A stretch of DNA of 64,000 bases from an uncultured delta proteobacterium (lineage in GTDB: Bacteria; Myxococcota_A; Polyangia; Haliangiales; Haliangiaceae). Under the pieces are notes generated by a model, which worked only from the letters and a program-made list of their open reading frames with translations, was not told the origin of the DNA and did no database searches. Location of the stretch: assembly GCA_963848295.1 (NCBI GenBank), contig CAWKDB010000010.1:3552001-3616000 (forward strand), read 5' to 3'. Positions 8,884 to 18,547 of the stretch are shown here, one piece after another. The position numbers were made by a program, and so were the translations under genes. Each line of letters starts with the position of its first letter. Positions within the stretch are counted from its first letter, which is position 1.

Positions 8884-10814
8884 GTGGTTCGCGGCGCCAG
8901 GTCGCGCTCTTGGTCGCCGGCGCCTTGATCCTCGCCGCCGCGGGTGTTGCGCTGTGGCTCGCAGTTCGGCAACCGCCGTCGCCCGACGTCGCGACCGGTT
9001 CGAGCGAGCAGCAGCACGAGCGCGCGGCGCCGGCGCCCGCGTTGCCAGCGGATGCAGGCACCGACGATGCTCACTCGCGTCGGATCACCGGGAGCGTCAA
9101 GCTGTATGGCAAGCCGCTGCCGAATGTCGACGTCGGCGTCGCGAAGCGGCAGGCGTGGCTGGTCAAGCTCGACCAACCGGTGCGTACCGACGCCGCCGGC
9201 CGGTTCGCGTTCGATGCGCCGACCGACAAGCTCGAGATCGCGGTTGCCGGCTACGATCTCGATCCCGCGGCGTTCGTCGCTGCGGGCAGCGCGCCGGTCG
9301 AGCTCGCTTTGATCGCGGTCGATCAGGTCGAGCTCAGCGGCCGAATCACGTTCCACGGCGCGCCGGTCGCGACCGGCCAGGCGTTCTTGCCCGGTGGCCC
9401 GTTCGCCGATGCCGACCGCGACGGTACCTATCGCATGCGCGGCGTCACGCCCGGTGTCCACATGATCGCTGCGTTCGATCGCGCGACCGGCCGCTGGTCG
9501 ACGTGGCGCGCGCTGAACATCGGGATTGGTGAGCATCTCGCCGCGATCGACATCGCGCTCGGGTCGACGCCGCTGCTCGATGTCGAGGTCGTCGATCGCG
9601 ACGGACATCCGATCGACGGGACGATCGTGAAGGTTCGGGCCGACGGAGCGAGTGACCGATTTCGGTTCACGAATCATGATGGCCACGTCACGATCGCGGT
9701 CTCCGAAGGCGACATCGAGGTCTCAACGTCGTTCGACTGGAACGCGAAGCTCGATACCAGTCGCAGCGTTAGCGCACACGGCGCCGACGTCACGATCCCG
9801 GTCCGGCTCGTCGTGCCGGGACGCGCCGGTCGAACGATTCGCGGCACCGTCCACACCGCGGACCATCAACCCGCTGCGGTCACGGTTACGGTCGCCGGCC
9901 AGTCGATCCACACCGACAGTCACGGCAAGTTCGTCGCGACCGACCTGATGGAGGGCAGCTACGACGTGCGGTTTGTCGATGCGTCGCTTGTCTTCGAGCG
10001 CAAGGGCGTCGCCACCGATACGGCGATCGATGTCGTGCTCCCGACGCCGGGCGCGATGGACATCAAGACCGAAGGATTCGGTGACCGCTGCGAGGCCGAG
10101 ATCCGCGCGCTGTTCGCGAGCGGGCCGAATCCGTTCCTCGACTTCGATTGCCGCGCCGGATCGTTCACCGCCGGCAACCTCGGAGCCGGTCGTTACTCGG
10201 TGAGCGTGAAGGGCACGAACGGGTACGCGTCCGCGCAGGTCGAGCTCGCCGTGGGCGAGACCCTGCACAAGACGCTCACCGCCGCGCGCGGTGTGACCAT
10301 CAGAGGCGTCGCCCGGCCATTTCTCGGCGGGGCGCCGGTCGCGGGCCTGAGCTGCACGAACGGCCGCACGAGCGTTGTCACCGACGCTGCCGGCGCGTTC
10401 GCGTTCACGAACGTTCCGCCGCAAGCCAGCTTTATCCAGTGCGACACGACGTTCGGCTCCCGCCGGCTCGCGGGCGAGCGCTGGTTGTCGGAGCTCGACG
10501 GCGACAAGACGATCGACCTCGGCGTCGTCGAGATCGCGACACCGGCTGCCGAGCACACGCTCGGCGCCCAGCTCTCGGGCTCGACCGGCTCGCTCGTGTT
10601 CAGATCGGTCGACGAGGGCGGACCCGCGGCGACCGCTGGCATCCTCGTCGGCGATCAAGTCGTGACCGTGGCCGGACAGTCGGCCGAGGGCGATGATGGC
10701 TGGGCGGCGCGGCTGTATCTGACCACGCGCGCTCGCGGCTCTTCGATCGATCTCTCGATCCGATCGCATGGCGCGGGTTACGTCGTTCCGATCACGATCC
10801 AGATTCCGCCGTGA
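8880..10814 (+). CDS. Carboxypeptidase-regulatory-like repeat protein with C-terminal PDZ domain
   Basis: N-terminal TM anchor; repeated TDAAGRF/TDSHGKF/TDAAGAF beta-sandwich motifs; VDEGGPAATAGILVGDQVVTVAG PDZ motif. Confidence 0.82.
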   Translation: MSGSRRQVALLVAGALILAAAGVALWLAVRQPPSPDVATGSSEQQHERAAPAPALPADAGTDDAHSRRITGSVKLYGKPLPNVDVGVAKRQAWLVKLDQPVRTDAAGRFAFDAPTDKLEIAVAGYDLDPAAFVAAGSAPVELALIAVDQVELSGRITFHGAPVATGQAFLPGGPFADADRDGTYRMRGVTPGVHMIAAFDRATGRWSTWRALNIGIGEHLAAIDIALGSTPLLDVEVVDRDGHPIDGTIVKVRADGASDRFRFTNHDGHVTIAVSEGDIEVSTSFDWNAKLDTSRSVSAHGADVTIPVRLVVPGRAGRTIRGTVHTADHQPAAVTVTVAGQSIHTDSHGKFVATDLMEGSYDVRFVDASLVFERKGVATDTAIDVVLPTPGAMDIKTEGFGDRCEAEIRALFASGPNPFLDFDCRAGSFTAGNLGAGRYSVSVKGTNGYASAQVELAVGETLHKTLTAARGVTIRGVARPFLGGAPVAGLSCTNGRTSVVTDAAGAFAFTNVPPQASFIQCDTTFGSRRLAGERWLSELDGDKTIDLGVVEIATPAAEHTLGAQLSGSTGSLVFRSVDEGGPAATAGILVGDQVVTVAGQSAEGDDGWAARLYLTTRARGSSIDLSIRSHGAGYVVPITIQIPP

Positions 10815-10887
10815 TCACTTCGGCAGCGTCCGCGACGCTACACGCCGCGAGGACCAATGCGATCGACCAGCGGTTCATGCGGCGAGC

Positions 10888-12363
10888 CTATCGCTTCACG
10901 AGCACATCGTCGATCGTCTGATCGAGGGTCTTCGCGGTGAACGGCTTCTCGAGGAACGCATCGGGCTCGTCCTCGCCGCCGAACCCGCGCCGGCCCTCGG
11001 TGTACCCGGACATCAGGATGATCGCGGCGGCTGGCTGAGTCTGACGCGCGATGGTGAGCACCTCGTAGCCGTTGCGAATCGGCATCATCACGTCGAGCAC
11101 GATCAGGCCGAACCCACCTTCGCGCAGCCGCGCCTCCGCTTCGCCGCCATCGCTCGCGAGCACGACGGTGGCGCCGCGGCGCTCGAGTAGGCGCCGAACG
11201 GTCGCACGGACCGACGGTTCGTCGTCGGCGAGCAGCACCCGAATGCCGGCGAGCGACGCGCGCTTGACGACCTGCCTGCTCGTCGATCGGCGCCGCGGGG
11301 GTGCACCCGGAACGACGCGCAAGCGCACCCGGAACCGCGCGCCCTGGCCCGGTGCCGACTCGACCTCGATGTCACCTCCGAGCCGCCGGACGATGCCGTG
11401 CACCGCCGATAGACCGAGGCCGTGGCGATCGGCTTTCGTCGAAAAGAATGGATCGAAGATCTTGGCGAGCACGTCGGCGTCCATCCCGACCCCGTCGTCC
11501 TCGACCTCGAGCTGCCACCACGTCGCGCCGTCGCGCGCGACGAGGCGCGTCCGCATCGCGACGTTGCCGCCCGGCCGCAGCGCGTCGGACGCGTTCGTGA
11601 CCAGGCTGGTCACGACCTGGCGCATGAGACCGGGGTCAGCTTCGACCGTCACCGAGCCTGCTTCTGGTGCAACGACCAGCGTCGCGTCCTCGCGCACGAT
11701 GCGCGAGAGCGGTTCTTTCGCATCGGCGATCAGCAGATCGGGATCGAGCTTGGTCGTCGCGAAGTGACCGCGCCCCGCGTAAGCGAGGAGCTGGCGAGTC
11801 AGCTGAGTCATCCGCTTTGCGGCCGCTTCGATCCGGCGCAGGGCTTCGCGCGTCGCCTCGCTGAGCGCGGGGTCTTCGCGCACCGCGCTGGCTTCGGCGA
11901 GCACGCTGACGAGCTGGTTGTTGAAGTCGTGGGCGATCCCACCGGCGACCAGGCCCAGGCTCTCGAGCCGCTGCTTCGAATCGACATCGGCGCGTGCGCG
12001 TGCGGCATCGTTCGCGCGCTTGTGCCGTGTGATGTCGATCGCGAACCCGACGACGACCGTGCGGCCGGCATCGCGCACCCACGCGACGTACTCGACCGCG
12101 CGCGGACCGTCGGGCGTATCGAACACGAGCTCGTCGCCGTGCGAGCCGCGTTCGCGCGCCGCATCGACGAGTCGAGCCCACTGGGCCTCGAGCTGCGGCG
12201 CGAGCTCCCAGACCTTGCGAGCGACGATGTGCTCGGCCGGCTTGCCGCACAGCCGCGCGAATGCTTGGTTGATCGCGGCGACCGTTCCGTCGAGCTCGAC
12301 GATCGCTCCCGCGATCGGGATTCGATCGAAGTCGACGATCGCAGCGACGGAGGGTTTCGACAC
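10888..12363 (-). CDS. PAS hybrid sensor histidine kinase/response regulator
   Basis: GGIAHDFNNQL H-box, NASDA, DDGVGM, FDPFFSTK, GLGLS; C-terminal REC (LADDE, LDVMMP, FLEKPF). Confidence 0.93.
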   Translation of the reverse strand: MSKPSVAAIVDFDRIPIAGAIVELDGTVAAINQAFARLCGKPAEHIVARKVWELAPQLEAQWARLVDAARERGSHGDELVFDTPDGPRAVEYVAWVRDAGRTVVVGFAIDITRHKRANDAARARADVDSKQRLESLGLVAGGIAHDFNNQLVSVLAEASAVREDPALSEATREALRRIEAAAKRMTQLTRQLLAYAGRGHFATTKLDPDLLIADAKEPLSRIVREDATLVVAPEAGSVTVEADPGLMRQVVTSLVTNASDALRPGGNVAMRTRLVARDGATWWQLEVEDDGVGMDADVLAKIFDPFFSTKADRHGLGLSAVHGIVRRLGGDIEVESAPGQGARFRVRLRVVPGAPPRRRSTSRQVVKRASLAGIRVLLADDEPSVRATVRRLLERRGATVVLASDGGEAEARLREGGFGLIVLDVMMPIRNGYEVLTIARQTQPAAAIILMSGYTEGRRGFGGEDEPDAFLEKPFTAKTLDQTIDDVLVKR

Positions 12364-12539
12364 GGTTGCGAAACTACGAATCGGTCAAGACCGACTGGCC
12401 ACGAGTGCTCGATCGGGTATTTGTCTCGAGCCCCGAGGCCGATCGGGCGAATCCTTGGGCCGAGGGGCCGCGCAACAGCTCAATAGCTCTGCGTACTTGC
12501 TCGGTGTTTCGTCGGCGTGGTACGCACCGTTTCGTCAGT

Positions 12540-14063
12540 ATGCCGTCACTGGATCGCGGAGCGATCGATGCCGATGCCGATCGCGTGGTCCGCAAGCTCA
12601 CTCGAGCAGGCCACAAGACCTACCTTGTAGGTGGATGTGTTCGCGACCTGCTCGTCGGGAGAACGCCGAAGGACTTCGACGTCGCGACCAGCGCCACCCC
12701 GAACGAGATCAAGGCGACGTTTCGCAACTCGCGGATCATCGGCCGCCGGTTCCGCCTCGCGCACGTCTTCTTCGGATCGAAGATCATCGAGACCGCGACG
12801 TTCCGCGCGAATCCGCGCGACGAAGAGGATCACGATCTCCTGATCCGGCGCGACAACGTGTTCGGGACCGAGGTCGAGGACGCTCGGCGGCGCGACTTCA
12901 CGATCAATGGCTTGTTCTACGACGTCGAGAAAGAAGAGGTCATCGATCACGTCGCCGGCCTCGCCGATCTCGAGGCCAAGCTCGTGCGCACGATCGGCGA
13001 CCCGGACATCCGGTTCCAGGAGGATCCGGTGCGGATGCTGCGCGCGATCAAGTTCGCGGCGCGGCTGGATTTCGGGTTCGAGCCGGCGACCTGGCGCGCG
13101 CTACTCCGGTGGCGCAGCGAGATCAGCAAGTGCGCACCGCCGCGCCTGCTCGAGGAGATGCACCGCTTGCTGCGCGGAGGGGCCGCGCGGCGCTCGTTCG
13201 AGCTGATGGTCGAGACCGGCGTGCTCGCGGTCCTGTCGCCGTACCTGGCCGGCCTGCTCGAAGGCCCGGGCGCACCGACGAAGGCGCCGCCGACCGAGTC
13301 CGCCGTGCCGCGGTCCACGATCGCGCGAATCGAGTACGACGAGGACGATCCGGCCGATCGCGATCCCGACGATCCCGCCGCGGAGGCGAGCCCGGAGCCC
13401 GACGGTGCGGATGCGCCGAGCGCCGCCGAGGTTGAAGGCGACGACCTCGACGACGAAGAGCAAGCGTGGCATCGGGTGTGGGCCGACGAGCCGCCGGCGC
13501 GTCCTGCTCACGCCACGCCGGTAAAGCTCAAGTTCATCGCCGGCTCGGGCGATCTCGCGAAGCGCCGAGAGCTCGCTTGGGCCGCGCTCGCGCAGATCGA
13601 TCTCGCGATCGCCGAGGGTCGCGATCCGTCGAATGCGGTCGCGTTCGGTGCGTTACTCGCGCCATTCCTGGGCGACGACTTGCGCGGCGGCGAGCTGCAG
13701 AGCGCGCTCCACGAGCTGTCGCATCCACTGATCTCGCAGCTCCACGTCACGCGCCGCGATAGCGAGCGCATGCGCTACTTGCTGGTCGCGCAGAAAAAGC
13801 TCGCGGTCGCGCGCCGCAAGGGCGGTCAGGCCGAGCTCGCCGGAGGCCGCGAGCAAGTCGACGACGCCGTCTCGCTCTATCAGATCCTCGAGCGCGCCGC
13901 CGGCAACGACCCGGGGCCGCCGCCGACCTCGGTGTCGCCCGGCGAGGGCCGCGACGCCGACGACGACGAGCCGGACGATCCGAACGCACCGCGCAAGCGC
14001 CGCCGCCGCCGCCGCGGTGGTCGTCGTCGTCGCAACGAATCGGTCGCCGCGCGGGGAGACTGA
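12540..14063 (+). CDS. pcnB: Poly(A) polymerase I
   Basis: YLVGGCVRDLL, KDFDVAT, PAP-specific IIGRRFRLAHV signature, RRDFTIN, EDPVRMLRA; acidic insert and Arg-rich C-tail. Confidence 0.92.
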   Translation: MPSLDRGAIDADADRVVRKLTRAGHKTYLVGGCVRDLLVGRTPKDFDVATSATPNEIKATFRNSRIIGRRFRLAHVFFGSKIIETATFRANPRDEEDHDLLIRRDNVFGTEVEDARRRDFTINGLFYDVEKEEVIDHVAGLADLEAKLVRTIGDPDIRFQEDPVRMLRAIKFAARLDFGFEPATWRALLRWRSEISKCAPPRLLEEMHRLLRGGAARRSFELMVETGVLAVLSPYLAGLLEGPGAPTKAPPTESAVPRSTIARIEYDEDDPADRDPDDPAAEASPEPDGADAPSAAEVEGDDLDDEEQAWHRVWADEPPARPAHATPVKLKFIAGSGDLAKRRELAWAALAQIDLAIAEGRDPSNAVAFGALLAPFLGDDLRGGELQSALHELSHPLISQLHVTRRDSERMRYLLVAQKKLAVARRKGGQAELAGGREQVDDAVSLYQILERAAGNDPGPPPTSVSPGEGRDADDDEPDDPNAPRKRRRRRRGGRRRRNESVAARGD

Positions 14064-14066
14064 CGC

Positions 14067-14917
14067 GTGCCGCTGCCCGGCAAGCTGACCTCCGAGCTCG
14101 TCGGCGAGCTGGTCGATGCCGGCTCCCGCGAGCACTACGCCGACGCCGCGCTGTACGACTACGAGTATCGCCGCCGCCGCGCCGACGTGACGTTCTATCG
14201 CAACCTGGCGCGCGAACGCGACGCGCGGCACATCCTCGAGCTCGGCGCCGGCTCGGGCCGCGTCACGCTGCCGCTCGCTCGCGATGGCCATCGCGTCGTC
14301 GCGCTCGATCAGGCGCCGGCGATGCTCGCGAAGCTGCGCGAACGAGTCGCCGCGGCCCCGGCGGCGGTCGCCGAGCGCATCACGGTAGCGCGCGGCGACC
14401 TGCGCGGGTTTGACGTTCACGGCGAGTTCCCGCTGGTGATCGCCGCGTTCAACGTGCTCGAGCACCTCTATACGCGCGGCGAGGTCGATGCCTGCTTGCG
14501 CTGCGTCGCCGATCACCTGGCGCCCGGGCGGCGTGTTCGCGTTCGATGTCCAGCTCCCCGATCTCGCGTGGCTGATCCGCGATCCGACGAAGCGCTGGGC
14601 GCAAGACCAAGTTCACCGATCCGTCGACCGGTCGCGCGATGTTCTATTCGACGAACCACGACTGCGATCCGATCAACCACATCGTGTTGATCCGGCTCTA
14701 CTACGAGCCCGTCGACGGCAAAGGCCCGACCAACATCGTCAAGCTGTCGCAGCGGAAGTTCTTCCCGGCCGAGCTCGAGGCGCTGATCGCCCATGCCGGC
14801 TTGCGCATCGTCGTGCGCTACGGCGATTTTTCTGGACGCCCGCTCGACGCCTCGGCCGAGAGCCAGGTGATCGTTTGCGAGCGTGCGCCGGTTCGCAAAT
14901 CGCGTCGCCGCCGTTAG
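14067..14917 (+). CDS. Class I SAM-dependent methyltransferase (two +1 frameshifts, probably sequence errors)
   Basis: ILELGAGSGRV motif I; continues HLAPG/GVFAFDV (shift ~14525) and RWA/KTKFTDP (shift ~14602) to YGDFSGRPLD. Confidence 0.85.
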
Positions 14918-15072
14918 TCCCCGACGAGGAATTCCCTTTTCCCGTCGAGGATTTGCGCTCCACCGGATCCTCGACGACGAATCAGTTATCCACAGGTTTT
15001 CCTCGACGGAGAATTTCGCCCCAGTGCGGCCGGGATGATCTCCGACGGAGAAAAAGCGATCTCCGACGAGCA
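14918..15072. repeat. Six copies of a TCYYCGACGR motif (five forward, one reverse)
   Basis: Copies at 14918, 14938-14951 (reverse), 14968, 15000, 15039, 15060. Confidence 0.65.
14986..14994 (+). promoter_or_regulatory. Single perfect DnaA box (TTATCCACA)
   Basis: Exact 9/9 match to the E. coli consensus in an intergenic region; function unproven. Confidence 0.4.
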
Positions 15073-15145
15073 TTTCCGGAGTTTTTGTCAGTCGGTTCGT
15101 GTAGCGTTCCGCGCACCCAATTACCCCCAGGGAGGGTTCAGCATC

Positions 15146-15493
15146 ATGGGCGAGAAGATTGCGAAGCTCGGAATCAAGCGTGACAACAACCTGATGTACT
15201 ACATCAAGACCGGCGACGTGTGGGCGACCCCGCGTAAGCAGCCGGGTCAGCCGAAGGGCAAGGCCGCGAAGGTCGCCCAGGCTGGCGTCGAGATGGACTA
15301 CAGCAAGTACCTCTACTACCTGGACGGCGACGGCGATGTCGCGCGCAAGGAGCGCCAGGTCGGTGGCAGCAAGCGCAAGAAGAGCGCGAAGGCCGCGCCG
15401 AAGAAGGCGAAGGGCGCGAAGAAGAGCGCTGCCAAGAAGACGGCGAAGAAGTCGGCGAAAAAGGGCGGCGGCAAGAAGGGCAAGCGCAAGTAA
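15146..15493 (+). CDS. Small basic protein with internal duplication and histone H1-like Lys/Ala tail (putative nucleoid protein)
   Basis: GGAGGG RBS; EKIAKLGIKRDNNLMYYIKTGDV / AKVAQAGVEMDYSKYLYYLDGDGDV repeats; KKSAKAAPKKAKGAKKSAAKK tail. Confidence 0.85.
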   Translation: MGEKIAKLGIKRDNNLMYYIKTGDVWATPRKQPGQPKGKAAKVAQAGVEMDYSKYLYYLDGDGDVARKERQVGGSKRKKSAKAAPKKAKGAKKSAAKKTAKKSAKKGGGKKGKRK

Positions 15494-15514
15494 CAGCGCT
15501 TCGGTTCGATCGTT

Positions 15515-15557
15515 GGGCTCGCGACGGAGCGCTCGGGTTCGAGTGCGTCGCGGGCCC
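15515..15557 (+). terminator. Long GC-rich hairpin after the basic-protein gene (terminator or mRNA stabiliser)
   Basis: GGGCTCGCGAC/GTCGCGGGCCC outer stem plus GCGCTCG/CGAGTGC inner stem; only a weak U-tail. Confidence 0.5.
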
Positions 15558-15642
15558 TTCGCCGTTTCGGCGCTCCCGGCCCCACCGTTTGCGGCCTCGC
15601 CCGTTCGATCGCCAGCCCGATTTGCTGTAGCATTTTCGGGAG

Positions 15643-16836
15643 GTGGTGACCCTTCCTTTGTTGTCGCGCGGGCTTCGGCTCACGCTGATCGCCGGCATCA
15701 GCTTTGGCTACATCGCCTGGCATGGGCATTGGCACGACGCGTTCGCGAAGAAGGGTCACTCCGACGACTCGGGCGGCGACGACGATGACGACGACTCGGC
15801 CTCAGGCAGTGGCGACGACAGCGGCGATGACAACAGCGATAGCGACAGCGATAGCGACCAGGACGCCGACAAGGACCAGCCACCGGTCACGGCCGGCGGG
15901 CTCTACACGCTGAAGACCTACCCGGTGCGCGAGAACTCGCGGCCGCTGACGATCACGCATGGGATCACGCAGCTCCGGCTCGGGATCGGGACCGATCTCA
16001 GCGCGAAGGGCGCTTTCGGCTCCGCCGGCATCTCGCTCGAGGCCGAGTACGGCGTGAAGGACAACTTCATGATCGTCGGCGGCCTGACCGACGCCTATAA
16101 CTTCAACCAGTACTCCGCGTACTTCGGGTTCGAGGCGTCGCTGATCTACGATCTGCTCGACTTCCGCGCGGTCGCGAACCTGCACCGCACGGCGTTCTCG
16201 GATTATCAGAACTATTGCTCGCCGCACGTCACCGGCGATCCCGATGACAAGCTCGTTCCGGCGCCCGATGGGAGCCCTCAGTCGACGCTGATCGATCCGA
16301 CGACGTGCAAGAGCCCGGGGGCCGTCATCGCGAGTCTGCCGAACGGCAACTACGAGCACGGCGGTAACAAGTTCTCGATCGATATCGGCTTTCCGTTTCG
16401 CTATGCGTTCCGGCCGGAGATCGCGGTCGTGCTCTTGCAGACCCTGATGTCGATCGACTTCAATGGCACCTCGAAAGATCATGTCGTCCCGGTCCAGTTC
16501 GATACCGGGAACGTGGACGCGAACATGAACGAGATCTTCGCAACGGAGTACAACGCGGTCCCGAACGGCGCCAAACCGGACCTCAACCTGTCGGCCGGCC
16601 TCGCCGCGAACCCGATCCCTCAGCTATCGATAGTCGCGTTCGCCGCGTTCAAGATCCCGGACTTCGACACCTCGGCGGGCAACTTCGAGATCCCGGTCAC
16701 GCTGCGCATCGAAGCGTCGGCGAACCAGCAGCTCGACTTCGGTCTCGAGTTCACGTTGCTCAACGTGATCCCGCCCGATCCGCAAAGCCCGATCGACAAC
16801 CGGTATCTCTCTGCCTTCGTGCAAGCAAGGTTCTAG
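15643..16836 (+). CDS. Putative outer-membrane beta-barrel protein with acidic N-terminal linker
   Basis: Signal-like N-term, Asp/Ser-rich stretch, alternating beta-strands, terminal YLSAFVQARF (Bam-type C-terminal Phe). Confidence 0.72.
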   Translation: MVTLPLLSRGLRLTLIAGISFGYIAWHGHWHDAFAKKGHSDDSGGDDDDDDSASGSGDDSGDDNSDSDSDSDQDADKDQPPVTAGGLYTLKTYPVRENSRPLTITHGITQLRLGIGTDLSAKGAFGSAGISLEAEYGVKDNFMIVGGLTDAYNFNQYSAYFGFEASLIYDLLDFRAVANLHRTAFSDYQNYCSPHVTGDPDDKLVPAPDGSPQSTLIDPTTCKSPGAVIASLPNGNYEHGGNKFSIDIGFPFRYAFRPEIAVVLLQTLMSIDFNGTSKDHVVPVQFDTGNVDANMNEIFATEYNAVPNGAKPDLNLSAGLAANPIPQLSIVAFAAFKIPDFDTSAGNFEIPVTLRIEASANQQLDFGLEFTLLNVIPPDPQSPIDNRYLSAFVQARF

Positions 16837-16842
16837 GGCGGC

Positions 16843-18096
16843 GTGAAGATCTGCCCCCGCTGCTTCACGCGATTTCCGGACGGCGAGCGCTTTTGTCTGC
16901 ACGACTCGGCGGTGCTCGTCGAGGAAGAGGACATCGCTCGGCTCGGCAAGAACATCGGCAACTACCGGCTCGATCGGATCCTCGGTCGCGGCGGGATGGG
17001 CACGGTCTACTTCGGCGAGCACATCTACATCAAGAAGCCGGTCGCCGTGAAAGTGCTGCACCCGCAGTTCGCGCGCTACCAGGAAGCGATCCATCGGTTC
17101 TTGCGCGAGGCGCGCGCCGCGACCGCGATCAACCACCCGAACATCGTCGACGTCACCGACTTCGGCATCCTGCCCGAGGGGCCGGTCTACTTCGTGATGG
17201 AGTTCCTCGAGGGTAAGTCGCTCGAGGATCTGATCGAGAAGGAGGGCGCGGTCGAGCTCCACCGCGCGCTCAACATCGCGAACCAGATCGCGTTCGCGCT
17301 CGAGGCCGCGCACAACGTCGGCGTGATCCACCGCGATCTCAAGCCCGACAACATCATGCTGTTGAAGCGACCCGGTCGACGCGATCTCGTCCGGATGACG
17401 CCCGACCAGCAGTGGATCACCGAGCGCGAGGAATCGTACGACTTCGTCAAGGTCCTGGACTTCGGCATCGCGAAGGTGCTCGTCCAGGACGAGCTGCTCG
17501 CCGAGACCGTGCAAGGCGCGGTGTTCGGTACGCCCGAGTACATGTCGCCCGAGGCGGCGCGCGGCGAGGACGTCGACATCCGCGCCGACGTCTATTCGCT
17601 CGGCGTGATCCTGTTCGACATGCTGTGCGGCCGGCCGCCGTTCGAGGCGCCGCAGTCGAGCGAGGTGCTCGCGATGCACATCCACACCGCGCCGCCATCG
17701 CCGCGCGAGTTCGCGCCCCATCGCGAGATCACCGAGCAAGCCGAGGGCGTGATCTTGAAGGCGATGAACAAGGACGCGAACAAGCGCTACCAGAACATGG
17801 CGGAGTTTCGCAAAGACCTCGAAGGCGCGTACGGTTCGATCATGTACCGCCGTCGCGGTGCGCCGGTCCGCGGGCTCGAGCCGAGGGGCGAAGAGGCGCG
17901 GTCGACGAAAAAACGCCTCACCGAGGAGCTCGACGAGTGGATCACGACCGATCCATCGGGGCTGTCGGTCGAGCAGGCGCGGATGGTCGCTCTCGTCGAG
18001 ACCGCCGAGAAGGCGTTCACGCCGACGTCGATGTCACCGGCCGAGGCCGAGCGCCTCGCGAACGCACTCGACCGCGCCCTCGACGACGACGACTGA
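16843..18096 (+). CDS. Cytoplasmic Ser/Thr protein kinase with N-terminal zinc-ribbon-like motif
   Basis: CPRC...FCLHD; LGRGGMG, VAVK, HRDLKPDN, DFG, GTPEYMSPE, DVYSLG; no TM. Confidence 0.95.
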   Translation: MKICPRCFTRFPDGERFCLHDSAVLVEEEDIARLGKNIGNYRLDRILGRGGMGTVYFGEHIYIKKPVAVKVLHPQFARYQEAIHRFLREARAATAINHPNIVDVTDFGILPEGPVYFVMEFLEGKSLEDLIEKEGAVELHRALNIANQIAFALEAAHNVGVIHRDLKPDNIMLLKRPGRRDLVRMTPDQQWITEREESYDFVKVLDFGIAKVLVQDELLAETVQGAVFGTPEYMSPEAARGEDVDIRADVYSLGVILFDMLCGRPPFEAPQSSEVLAMHIHTAPPSPREFAPHREITEQAEGVILKAMNKDANKRYQNMAEFRKDLEGAYGSIMYRRRGAPVRGLEPRGEEARSTKKRLTEELDEWITTDPSGLSVEQARMVALVETAEKAFTPTSMSPAEAERLANALDRALDDDD

Positions 18097-18280
18097 GCCG
18101 CACGACGACCAAATTTCGGTCGCGCGAAGCACGAGCGAAATCCCTCACGGGGAAGGAGTCCCCCTGCGGGACGACTGAGAGCCGCCAACGATCGCGTCGC
18201 GTACGAGACCTTCGCAGTAGATTTTCCACGGCAAACGTCTGGCCTGGCCCGTACTGGGACATGCTAGCTTGCAGGGAGAC

Positions 18281-18526
18281 ATGTCTGCCAACCAAGCCAA
18301 TACGTCTGGACAGCTGACGCTCCGCAAAGACGTGAAGTTCAACGGAGTCAAAGTGTTCTCCGCGACGATGGTCGCGGATCGCGATCAGCTTGGCGAGAAG
18401 GTGACGAACTGGATCGGCAACCACCAGCACCTCAAGGTGACGGATCTCGTGGTCACGCAGTCGAGCGATGAGGCGTTCCACTGCATCGCGATCACGGTGT
18501 TCTACTGGGAAGAGCCGCGGCGCTAG
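18281..18526 (+). CDS. Small hypothetical protein (FxGVKVFSAT...QSSDxxFHC type, recalled from myxobacteria)
   Basis: GGGAG RBS before ATG; strong GC3 codon bias. Confidence 0.8.
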   Translation: MSANQANTSGQLTLRKDVKFNGVKVFSATMVADRDQLGEKVTNWIGNHQHLKVTDLVVTQSSDEAFHCIAITVFYWEEPRR

Positions 18527-18547
18527 CCAGGTCGAGGTCGCGCGGAC

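Noticed and set aside
14986..14994. Replication origin (oriC)
   Set aside because: Only one DnaA box, no AT-rich unwinding element and no dnaA/dnaN/gidA context
18228..18275. c-di-GMP-I (GEMM) riboswitch suggested by GGCAAAC...GGGAC
   Set aside because: Lacks the GNRA-capped stem and the ACGCAAAGC junction
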